Shown here in pieces: positions 1 to 6,937 of a DNA stretch of 42,085 nt. Position numbers and translations under genes: made by a program. Within the stretch, counting starts at the first letter, position 1. The number at the start of each line of letters is the position of its first letter. A model generated the notes under the pieces. That model saw only the letters and a program-made list of their open reading frames with translations, was not told the DNA's origin and ran no database searches. The stretch lies in IMG/VR virus record IMGVR_UViG_3300006149_000031. The stretch is one strand, 5' to 3'. This DNA is from a virus.

Positions 1-77
1 ACCTGCGGAATAGCCGCCAGAGCATTAGCCGCCGCTGTTGCAGAGTTGCCCGCGCTAGTGGCAGAATTCGCGGCATT
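1..77. repeat. Terminal overlap, copy 1 (identical to 42009..42085)
   Basis: Base-by-base comparison of the first and last 77 nt shows identity. The length is typical of an assembler k-mer overlap on a circular or concatemeric template. Confidence 0.95.
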
Positions 78-1046
78 CGTCGCCGCCGTATTGATGCGTC
101 CCTCCGCCTGATCTATAGCCTCTTTAGCGGTTTCGGCGCGCTGGACAAGGGGCGTAATCGCCCCCACCGCTCTCTCCTGCGCCGTTTGCACGGCGGCAAC
201 GGCATCCGTTCGTGCGCCGGCTATATTCTGCTGCGCGGTCTGTGAGGCACGTCCCACGGCAAGAACAGAATCGGCTTGCTTGTCCTGTATGGCAGTAACA
301 GCCTCATTCCCGGCATCAACAATCTTCTTCTCCCCGTTGCTGACCGTTTCCGGCCAAGTGGTAGCCAGCGACTCCACAGCCGTTTTAGCGGCATTGGCGC
401 TCTTGGCGTCACGGGCTGCGTTAGTTGCGGACGTGCCGGCGGCGGTCGCAGAATCGGCGGCAGCATTTTTGGAGGCCCAGGCAGACCCTGCATAGCCTTC
501 CGCCTCTTCGGCCCGTGCAGCAGCGGTGGCTGCCGCGTCCGTTGCTGTCTTGGCTGCCTGGCTCGCCGTTTCCGCATTGGTGGAGGATGTGTTGGCATTC
601 TGTTGCGCCTGTTGGGCCGCGATAATGGAGGCCGTGTTGGAAAGCCACTGGGCCTTGATCGTCTTACTTGCCTCAACAGGTATCGTAATACCCATTGCAG
701 GAATATCGTACACCGTGGACGACTCAACAGGAGCCACAGAATCCACGGCCCCAATATAACCGGAAAACAGCCTCAAATCCTCTCCGGACTCATCCTGTGC
801 ATGAATGGCATACGGCCAGCGGCCAACAGGCAGGGCAGGAAAAGTAAGCTCCAAACAATGTTCTTGCTCGCCGTGTTCAATAACAACGGGCAAGTCTCCC
901 TGTTCCGTCTTCACCACACCGGTGAAAGAAACTCCTGTTACCGGGAACGGAGATTGCGTCACATCCTCGAACAAAAGCCAGCCTATGCGCTTGGCATAGC
1001 CTGCCGTCGTGGACAAATGGCGCGTCATTCCCAGAAAATTTAACAT
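1..1046 (-). CDS. Tail fibre / receptor-binding protein, N-terminal part (gene split by contig linearisation; continues at 42008..41018)
   Basis: Manual translation from ATG at 1046 (MLNFLGMTRHLSTTAGYAKR...) stays open to coordinate 1. Through the overlap it is in frame with ORF 41018..42010, giving 678 aa combined. It has a long Ala/Asn/Thr/Gln-rich shaft-like segment (..NAANSATSAGNSATAAANALAAIPQV..). A late motif lies 34 nt upstream. Confidence 0.7.
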   Translation of the reverse strand, partial: MLNFLGMTRHLSTTAGYAKRIGWLLFEDVTQSPFPVTGVSFTGVVKTEQGDLPVVIEHGEQEHCLELTFPALPVGRWPYAIHAQDESGEDLRLFSGYIGAVDSVAPVESSTVYDIPAMGITIPVEASKTIKAQWLSNTASIIAAQQAQQNANTSSTNAETASQAAKTATDAAATAAARAEEAEGYAGSAWASKNAAADSATAAGTSATNAARDAKSANAAKTAVESLATTWPETVSNGEKKIVDAGNEAVTAIQDKQADSVLAVGRASQTAQQNIAGARTDAVAAVQTAQERAVGAITPLVQRAETAKEAIDQAEGRINTAATNAANSATSAGNSATAAANALAAIPQ

Positions 1047-1062
1047 GGCTCAATCATGAGCC
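1047..1062 (-). promoter_or_regulatory. Perfect 6-bp stem / 4-nt loop hairpin abutting the tail-fibre start codon
   Basis: Plus strand reads GGCTCA-ATCA-TGAGCC, immediately 5' (in gene sense) of ATG 1046. No clear SD is present outside it. Confidence 0.4.
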
Positions 1063-1079
1063 ACAAAACACGGGAAATG

Positions 1080-1112
1080 CAAGTTGGCGAGAATCAATGT
1101 TTTTATCCCTGC
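1080..1112 (-). promoter_or_regulatory. Late-motif copy (gene sense CATTGATTCTCGCCAACTTG), 34 nt upstream of the tail-fibre ATG
   Basis: One of five copies. It is 32/33 identical to the copy at 28118..28150 and overlaps the last codons of the TerS-like gene. Confidence 0.6.
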
Positions 1113-1594
1113 TTCACGGGAGGCTCAAAAGGCAGGGAGGACAGCAGAGTTATAAAATTCTCTCCTGCATCCACTTCCATCTTCTGAGGAGTGTATGCGC
1201 CATCCATCTTGTTAAGCTCGGCAATAGCGGCGATTTTTGAGGGCATCTTAAATTTCGCTCCGGTTTCATCCATGGAAACCTCCTGACAGAGATCGGATGC
1301 GCTACCAACATTGCCGATGGGAGTTGTCACTACGCGGGACAACCATTCCATGCGCTGCTGCCTGGTCAGCACAGCAGACTTATCCAGTTGCTTATTCAAT
1401 TTGTCAATCATTCGCAAAACTTCGTCATCTTTGGACAAACGGGATGCCGCCTTGCTGGCTGCGACATTACTCATATCCTTGCGATTGTGGGCCTTACGAT
1501 AAGCGTCCGCCTTGGACAACTTTTCCGCAACCAGAAGCCTCGCAAACTCCTTCTTCTTCTCGGTCACTTTGGTCTTGTTATCCTTCCTTCTCAT
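1103..1594 (-). CDS. Terminase small subunit-like HTH protein
   Basis: 163 aa. The N-terminal segment KKKEFARLLVAEKLSKADAYRKAHNRKDMSNVAASKAASRLSKDDEVLRMI follows the pattern of P27-type small terminases (F..eY......A...AGY......a...asrLl....V). It has its own late motif upstream. Confidence 0.55.
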   Translation of the reverse strand: MRRKDNKTKVTEKKKEFARLLVAEKLSKADAYRKAHNRKDMSNVAASKAASRLSKDDEVLRMIDKLNKQLDKSAVLTRQQRMEWLSRVVTTPIGNVGSASDLCQEVSMDETGAKFKMPSKIAAIAELNKMDGAYTPQKMEVDAGENFITLLSSLPFEPPVKQG

Positions 1595-1627
1595 ACCAAT
1601 ATTTTACCCTCCTGATTTTCAGCGCGT

Positions 1628-1660
1628 CAATTTGGTGAGAATCAATACTTCTTGCCCGAG
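1628..1660 (-). promoter_or_regulatory. Late-motif copy (gene sense TATTGATTCTCACCAAATTG), 34 nt upstream of the TerS-like ATG
   Basis: Lies in the intergenic gap 1595..1664 and aligns with the four other copies. Confidence 0.55.
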
Positions 1661-1664
1661 ACAA

Positions 1665-1946
1665 TCAACCTGTTGGCTTTGAATCCTCAAGACACTCTAA
1701 AAAATCACGCCCCTGCCTGCTGATATAAAACACGCAAGGCCGTGTGCCGATTCTGATCACGTCGCCGGCCCGCACCAGATAATCCAGCCGGTGAGACACA
1801 TTGCTGGGATCCAAATGGCAACGGGTGGCAATCTCCCGCGACATCCTGCCCGGATGGTCTCGGATTTCCATCAGAATAAGCAGCTGCGACGGACTCACCT
1901 TCCGGTGTATAATGTTCCTCAATAGATTCTTATATTCCTGCTTCAT
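1665..1946 (-). CDS. Winged-helix (MarR/ArsR-like) transcription regulator; candidate late-gene activator
   Basis: 93 aa. SQLLILMEIRDHPGRMSREIATRCHLDPSNVSHRLDYLVRAGDVIRIG is a typical wHTH recognition segment. It is the last early gene directly before the first late motif. Confidence 0.6.
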   Translation of the reverse strand: MKQEYKNLLRNIIHRKVSPSQLLILMEIRDHPGRMSREIATRCHLDPSNVSHRLDYLVRAGDVIRIGTRPCVFYISRQGRDFLECLEDSKPTG

Positions 1947-2959
1947 TCGTCACCTCCCAGTCCCAATTCTTTTCTCCAATTCTTCAATTCTACTGCGGCT
2001 TCTTCGGTGGTCACAACGGGCCCTTCCGGCTGCCGTGGTTCTTCGGGCTTCGGCTTCTTACGGGCCGCTGCCGGCTTCCAGCGTGTCTCTTTTGCCCAGC
2101 GTTCCGCGTGGGTGAGCACATCCCCGAAGCACTCCCAAAACTTCTTGCGGCTGTCCGGCCTCCAAAAAGCTTTCTTCTTGCAGTCCTCCGTCAGTCCTGA
2201 CGCGTAATAATCCCTCAACATCTCCATATCCCGCGGCGTCACCCGTCCCTGTGCTGAACGGTAAGCCTCAAGCGCGGCTGCCTGCTCAATGGCAGTTGGC
2301 ATTGTCCGGGACCATGAAGGGTTGATTTCCAAACAGGCAGCCATGAACCTGGCGGCGCCGGGAGAAGCCCCCAGATCCGCGTGATTGTCGGCGCAGCGCA
2401 TCCCCCGGACGTCGTTCAGGCGTTCCCGAACCGGGAGCGACCGGGCAGGCAGCACAGGAGCAGCGGGCGCTTCTTCCCCCGGTGTACTGTCCACCGTAGT
2501 AGTTTCTCCCCCTATATTCCCTTTCTTTTCTTTTCCTTTCTTTTCGCTTTCCAACGAAGCTTCATTTGCTATCCAACGTTGGTTTCCTACGTCGGAACCA
2601 ACGTTGGTTTCCGGTATAGGTTCCGGCGTTGGTTTCCGGCCTCCCTTACGTCCGTTGGCGCGCGCGATTTCCCTTTTACGCTCAATCTCCCGCTGGGCGT
2701 CGGCAGGGTAAAAAGAAATGACAAGGTCGTTCCCGTCCCAACGGAAAAGGCCGCAGGACTCGGCCACCTCGGAAGCCATGACCCCGCAAGACTGCATCCA
2801 GCGGCGGTCTCCCCAAGACCGTGCCCCGGCAATCCGCCCCATATTCTCCTGGTCACAAGACCAGGCGATCAAAGAAAGCCACGTAGCCCGCTGGGTGGGA
2901 TCAGCGCCTATGTACTCATTGGAGCGGATAACGTAGAGTGGTATATTGATGTATTCCAT
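1943..2959 (-). CDS. Putative replication initiator (lambda O-like organisation: ori iterons inside the linker-coding region)
   Basis: 338 aa with two globular halves joined by a low-complexity linker (..GRKGGRKPTPEPIPETNVGSDVGNQRW..EKKGKEKKG..). The DNA coding that linker carries 25-bp-period iterons and a polypyrimidine tract. ATGA overlap with the downstream gene. No sequence family was recognised with certainty. Confidence 0.4.
   Translation of the reverse strand: MEYINIPLYVIRSNEYIGADPTQRATWLSLIAWSCDQENMGRIAGARSWGDRRWMQSCGVMASEVAESCGLFRWDGNDLVISFYPADAQREIERKREIARANGRKGGRKPTPEPIPETNVGSDVGNQRWIANEASLESEKKGKEKKGNIGGETTTVDSTPGEEAPAAPVLPARSLPVRERLNDVRGMRCADNHADLGASPGAARFMAACLEINPSWSRTMPTAIEQAAALEAYRSAQGRVTPRDMEMLRDYYASGLTEDCKKKAFWRPDSRKKFWECFGDVLTHAERWAKETRWKPAAARKKPKPEEPRQPEGPVVTTEEAAVELKNWRKELGLGGDE
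2504..2552. repeat. Polypyrimidine (plus strand) CTTT-rich tract flanking the iterons
   Basis: tttctccccctatattccctttcttttcttttcctttcttttcgctttcc, a strongly strand-asymmetric tract next to the iterons. Confidence 0.5.
2573..2637. repeat. Three direct iterons at 25-bp period (candidate ori)
   Basis: CCAACGTTGGTTTCC at 2573 and 2598, and CCGGCGTTGGTTTCC at 2623. Each contains the palindrome CCAACGTTGG (imperfect in the third). The 25-nt period is not a multiple of 3, so the repeats are read in different frames. Confidence 0.6.
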
Positions 2960-2963
2960 TATT

Positions 2964-3488
2964 CTATATCCCTTCCGTCTCTTTTGCTTCTACTCCAAAT
3001 GCAGGTGAAAGCTGTATTTTTCTGCCTTGGACAGTATTGATTTTTAGCGGCTTCTGGATGTAAAGACACGCGGTCAAAAGGCACCTTTCAGCGAAGTAAT
3101 TTGCTTCGGGAAATGCTCTGCTGTACCGTATTATCCGAACCCGTCCACCAGGTAGGACATGCAACAAGCCCCACCGTTCCGGCAGGTCATTTTCCATGAT
3201 GATCCCTGGCTCGCAGATGTAATAGCGGCAATAACCCATACCCTCTTGAGGATAAACGCGGAACGGCTTTTTGAGGTCTGCTCGGAAGTCCGCCCGACTG
3301 GTTTTCGCCTCAACCAAAATGCTACCCGAACTCTTGAAACCTATAGCATCGGGCTGCTCGTTTGTAACGATGCAGCTCGGCTCAGCAATCGCCACCCGGC
3401 AACGTTGGGAGCCCAGGAGCCATCGTTCAGCGATTTCGCACAGTTCACGGTGCGTCCTCGGTATTAAAGATGTTGGTTTACGTGCCAT
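2964..3488 (-). CDS. MmcB-like PD-(D/E)XK nuclease
   Basis: 174 aa. Motifs EQPDAIGF ... ILVEAKTSRADFRADLKK (D ... E-x-K followed by SRADF) match the MmcB/DUF1052-type pattern as I remember it. Confidence 0.55.
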   Translation of the reverse strand: MARKPTSLIPRTHRELCEIAERWLLGSQRCRVAIAEPSCIVTNEQPDAIGFKSSGSILVEAKTSRADFRADLKKPFRVYPQEGMGYCRYYICEPGIIMENDLPERWGLLHVLPGGRVRIIRYSRAFPEANYFAERCLLTACLYIQKPLKINTVQGRKIQLSPAFGVEAKETEGI

Positions 3489-3489
3489 A

Positions 3490-4323
3490 TCAAAAAAGCG
3501 TCAGTTGGGGGTTGTAGTTAAGCCACAGGCATTCGATTTTCTTGCCTCCCTGCGTGTCGTAAGAGACCTTGCATTCCTTCCTCCAGCCGGAAAGATGCCT
3601 GGAATAAAGGTCGGAATCATAGCCAGACAGGACAACCTTGCCTTTCAGCGTCTTGAGAAAGACAAGAAGCCGCTCATGGTCTTGCTGGTCGTACTCGTGC
3701 GCGTACCTCGCGCGGTTGCCGCGGGTAGATTGCACATAGGGCGGATCCACGTAATGCAGCGTGTCCGGCGTATCGTACCGGGCCATGACCTGCAGGGCGT
3801 CCATGTTGTTGATCTCGATATTCCGGTTCCGTAGTTCGGCCGCACATTCTCGCACTACGGCCGGATATTCCCGCACTACGGCCGGATATTCCCGCCACGT
3901 TTGAGGATAAGGGGTTGCGTGGAGTAAGCCGTTGCGTTTGAACCCCGGCTTGTGGATGCCTCCGCCGTAGCTCATCATGGAGTTGACGGCAAAGCGGAGA
4001 GCATCTTCCACGGGGTCTTCAGCGATTTCAAATGACCGGGCATAGGCTTCCTGGGCGTAGGGCGTCAATTCCAATAGACTGGCCAGCCGTGCGGATTTTT
4101 CCGGATCCCTCAAAACTTCAAAGAAGTTCACCACCCGGTCATAAAGATCGTTGTAGACCTCCATCCATGCAGGTTGCTTGTTGAGCAGCACCGCACCGGA
4201 ACCGCCGTAGGGTTCAACATAGATTTTGTGAGGCGGGAAAAAGCTGATAATCCAGGGGGCGATTCTGTTCTTTCCTCCGAGGTATCGGGCCAGAGCCCGT
4301 TTACGTAGTGCGCTCGTGTTCAC
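3490..4323 (-). CDS. dam: DNA adenine methyltransferase (D12 class, Dam-like)
   Basis: Motifs YLGGKNRIAPWI, VEPYGGSGAVLL and HYVDPPY. Start chosen at GTG 4323, which has AAGGAGG 5 nt upstream and a GTGA overlap with the upstream stop. The ORF-track start at 4404 is probably an over-extension. Confidence 0.85.
   Translation of the reverse strand: MNTSALRKRALARYLGGKNRIAPWIISFFPPHKIYVEPYGGSGAVLLNKQPAWMEVYNDLYDRVVNFFEVLRDPEKSARLASLLELTPYAQEAYARSFEIAEDPVEDALRFAVNSMMSYGGGIHKPGFKRNGLLHATPYPQTWREYPAVVREYPAVVRECAAELRNRNIEINNMDALQVMARYDTPDTLHYVDPPYVQSTRGNRARYAHEYDQQDHERLLVFLKTLKGKVVLSGYDSDLYSRHLSGWRKECKVSYDTQGGKKIECLWLNYNPQLTLF
3851..3892. repeat. Perfect 2 x 21-bp in-frame tandem duplication inside dam
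   Basis: cgcactacggccggatattcc occurs twice, giving REYPAVV-REYPAVV in the protein. Confidence 0.9.
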
Positions 4324-4661
4324 TCCCCCTCCTTTCTCGGTTCCCAGCGGTCCATGATTTCTGCGATATTGGCATGAGAGCATTCGCAACATGGAACATC
4401 CCATTCAGAATAGTCTGAATATTTGCAGTTACCGCAGTACCTCTCTTTAACCTGCCACGCCCTGCACGCGGACCTCTTCTGCCAAGCGTTAAGCACAAGC
4501 TCATGTTGATGAGTCTCGTTTCTGGCTTGCCTTAAAAGTTTTTGGCGAGTTTTCCCGGGCAACGCTTTGACGGTCGATCTGATACCCTTGTGAGTTAAAA
4601 CAACCTGTTCCCATGCTCCGCCGTACTCAAAAAAAGCTTTCTGTTCAGGCGTCATTTTCAT
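4320..4661 (-). CDS. Hypothetical Cys-rich (possible zinc-binding) early protein
   Basis: 113 aa. C-terminal CGNCKYSDYSEWDVPCCEC cluster. Translationally coupled on both sides. Confidence 0.5.
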   Translation of the reverse strand: MKMTPEQKAFFEYGGAWEQVVLTHKGIRSTVKALPGKTRQKLLRQARNETHQHELVLNAWQKRSACRAWQVKERYCGNCKYSDYSEWDVPCCECSHANIAEIMDRWEPRKEGE

Positions 4662-4797
4662 TTTCTTCCTTTCTTTTTAAAAGAATGACATTAACCGCTT
4701 GAAGAAGACCTTTAACTTTACCAATTAAATAAAGGTAATATCCATACGCGGCGACGGTGGCTAAAAAAACTATAAGTTGTGCAATATCAAATATCAT
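4645..4797 (-). CDS. Small single-TM protein (not in the ORF track, below 60 aa)
   Basis: Manual translation MIFDIAQLIVFLATVAAYGYYLYLIGKVKGLLQAVNVILLKRKEENENDA. GGAAGGAG SD lies just upstream of ATG 4797. It overlaps the next start. Confidence 0.4.
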   Translation of the reverse strand: MIFDIAQLIVFLATVAAYGYYLYLIGKVKGLLQAVNVILLKRKEENENDA

Positions 4798-5056
4798 TGC
4801 TCCTTCCTTTCCAGTATTGCCGCTTGCTCGTCAGTAAGGTACTTCCAAGACTGCGGCGGACGGGTCAGCCCAATGTCAGACAGCGGCACGGCATTAGGGA
4901 GACGCACGGGATCACCGATGAGCCAGCCATAGCAAGGTGTAAGGCTTGCAAGATAATTTTTGTCCAGATGCGCTTCTATGGCAACCCATGCAACGGCTCT
5001 TCCCGGATTTCAAAAAAGTCCACCAAGCGCCGTCAGTATGAAACAGCTTGTCTTCT

Positions 5057-5353
5057 TCATCTGCTTTCATAGTCGGGAACTCCTTTTTGTAACCATGTTT
5101 TCGCTTTCCGAATGGCTTCCTCGTATGTGGTCAATGTCCATCCATAAATTCCCCACTCTTCAGGACTTGGCATGTATTCATCACCAGCCTTTGTTCCGGC
5201 AAAGTCATTGTCAGATTTGCGCTTTCGAATAACCATGACCTCAAAATTCCGGTGTGATTCCTTTTCCTGACTGTAAATGGCAATATCTCCGATACGTGTG
5301 ACAAGCGTGTAAGAATAGCCATGCTTGTTGAATTCTCGCGGTATGGTCTTCAT
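5057..5353 (-). CDS. Hypothetical early protein
   Basis: ORF 5057..5368. The start at 5353 (MKTIPREF..) gives an ATGA overlap with the rusA stop. No family recognised. Confidence 0.5.
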   Translation of the reverse strand: MKTIPREFNKHGYSYTLVTRIGDIAIYSQEKESHRNFEVMVIRKRKSDNDFAGTKAGDEYMPSPEEWGIYGWTLTTYEEAIRKAKTWLQKGVPDYESR

Positions 5354-5769
5354 TTGGTTGGTCTCCATTCTGCAAATTCGATGGTTATTCCGACGTTATC
5401 GCCCCAATATTTGGATGTTCGACCGTCAAAGATTTGTGCATCGTCCGTCCAAAAGCCAAGCTTGGTCATCACATCGTTGAGAGTCTTTTCCATGTTGTCC
5501 CTGTCCGGTTTGGATGTCATCGGGATCTTTCCTAAAATGCGGTTCCGCTTCGGTTCCGACTTTCGCCAAGGAAATACAAATTCCAGGTTCAGAATGATTG
5601 GTCCGGAGAGGGGACGAGGGGGGGCATAGGGCTGTAATAGAGACATGTAGTCACTAATGACCTCCGTCAACTCCGGCTTGTCGGCAAGTTTGTGAAACTT
5701 TCCTATGCGGACAATCTTCTTTGAATGGTGTGTTGTCTTCGGTGGGACGATGGGGAGGAAAATCTTCAT
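5350..5769 (-). CDS. rusA: RusA-family Holliday junction resolvase
   Basis: 139 aa. KPDRDNMEKTLNDVMTKLGFWTDDAQI matches the RusA catalytic Asp cluster pattern (PD.DN..K...D.L......DD.q). Confidence 0.75.
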   Translation of the reverse strand: MKIFLPIVPPKTTHHSKKIVRIGKFHKLADKPELTEVISDYMSLLQPYAPPRPLSGPIILNLEFVFPWRKSEPKRNRILGKIPMTSKPDRDNMEKTLNDVMTKLGFWTDDAQIFDGRTSKYWGDNVGITIEFAEWRPTK

Positions 5770-6254
5770 ATTTCGCCTCCTTCCTCATTTTCATCTCCAT
5801 CAAAATTGAATTCCGGCTGGCAATCATCCGGAAGGAGGGCTACACCTTCTCCCTTCACTTTGATGCTTCCGCTCATGCTGGCATCGGCCCGGAATTTCTG
5901 ATAATCCACTTTTACAGAAAAACTTAAGGACAGGGGTACTAACGCTTCTATGGCTTCCTGTCGGATTTTGTCGTACTTCTTGAGGTTGCAGGATTCCACG
6001 ATAGCACAGGCTACGGCATCAATCTCTCCTTTCAGCTTCTCCATGTGGGGATCTTTTGGAACACTCTCGCACGCCGTCAGGACGGAAGGACGAACCTGCA
6101 GAGGGGCGTAACGGGCGGCTAGTTTCCCCTTGACCGTGTAAACGCGTCGGTCAGGGTGCTGGCAGACGTTTTCCCAGGCCCCGGAAAAATTGGTGAAGGC
6201 CAGAATATTTTCTCCCATAGAAGGGACCAGATAGACTTTTTTTATTTTTTGCAT
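5766..6254 (-). CDS. Hypothetical protein with an acidic C-terminal tail (possible SSB-like accessory of the recombination module)
   Basis: 162 aa ending ..PEFNFDGDENEEGGEI. It sits between the exonuclease and RusA. Function not established. Confidence 0.45.
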   Translation of the reverse strand: MQKIKKVYLVPSMGENILAFTNFSGAWENVCQHPDRRVYTVKGKLAARYAPLQVRPSVLTACESVPKDPHMEKLKGEIDAVACAIVESCNLKKYDKIRQEAIEALVPLSLSFSVKVDYQKFRADASMSGSIKVKGEGVALLPDDCQPEFNFDGDENEEGGEI

Positions 6255-6298
6255 AATATTGTTAGTTAATGTTTAATTTATGAATTCAAATGACATCC

Positions 6299-6937
6299 TC
6301 ATGCGACCTTCTGCCCTTCGGAAAGGATAGGCATGATGCGCTTATAAACGTCCGCGTAATAAATGATAAACCGTTCAAGGGCATCTTGTAGCGTGTCGGT
6401 ATAGCTGTCTCTCTCCACCCGTAAAATCAGGGGCTTGAGACGCCGGCAGTAGCTCATGAAGTACCAGTAGGGCAATCCAGTCACAATCATGGAACCGTGT
6501 ACCTGCGCCTTGTATTGGCCGGGTAATACGCCGTCCAGCAGGTATTCCGCGTGATTTTTTGCAAGAGGGCATTTCAGCTCCACACCCGCCGCGTACTGCC
6601 CATTGATCTTGATCATGCCGTCAGGGGAGCAGCCCACCAGTTCATTGTCTTGGACGATAAATCCCACCTGTTCCACTTCCAGCCCCATGATTCGGCTGAA
6701 TTCTTCCCGCGCTTCCGGTTCCAGTTCTTCCCCGCGGTCCGTGTGGCGGTTTCCTTCCCACTGTATTTCATCAGGACGGATGCGGCTGCAACACATTTCA
6801 ATGGCAAGTTCTCGCCATTGGGAAGAGTCTTTTCCCGAGGGAGTTAAAACCCGGTGAAAATTGCTGGCTGTCAGACGGCCGGCACGGGCACGGAACCAAG
6901 CTTCCGAACGTTGTTCCATGGAGGGCCAGATTTTCAT
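6299..6937 (-). CDS. YqaJ-type (lambda Exo-like) recombination exonuclease
   Basis: MEQRSEAWFRARAGRLTASNFHRVL is the hallmark YqaJ N-terminus. A later GVELKCP (E-x-K) motif is present. Confidence 0.85.
   Translation of the reverse strand: MKIWPSMEQRSEAWFRARAGRLTASNFHRVLTPSGKDSSQWRELAIEMCCSRIRPDEIQWEGNRHTDRGEELEPEAREEFSRIMGLEVEQVGFIVQDNELVGCSPDGMIKINGQYAAGVELKCPLAKNHAEYLLDGVLPGQYKAQVHGSMIVTGLPYWYFMSYCRRLKPLILRVERDSYTDTLQDALERFIIYYADVYKRIMPILSEGQKVA

Noticed and set aside
221-1043. Track ORFs on both strands at the left end (for example 276..1043 plus strand, 221..754 minus strand)
   Set aside because: The real reading frame here is the minus-strand tail-fibre frame. It lacks a listed entry only because it runs off the contig start. 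The listed ORFs are alternative-frame artefacts with R/G/P-rich composition.
1080-1112. Reading the late motif as a standard sigma70, sigma54 or Bacteroidetes-type promoter
   Set aside because: The TTGATT within the motif is not followed by any conserved -10 at 16-18 nt. There is no GG-N10-GC sigma54 spacing and no TAnnTTTG/TTTG pair at the right distance. The element is therefore reported as a phage-specific element of unknown recognition.
2573-2637. Short direct repeats as a CRISPR array
   Set aside because: There are only three 15-bp units with 10-bp spacers inside a coding region. The geometry is that of iterons, not CRISPR.
5617-5623. G7 homopolymer inside rusA as a phase-variation tract
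   Set aside because: A single short run that encodes the Pro-Pro-Arg-Pro segment in frame. There is no evidence of variability from one sequence.
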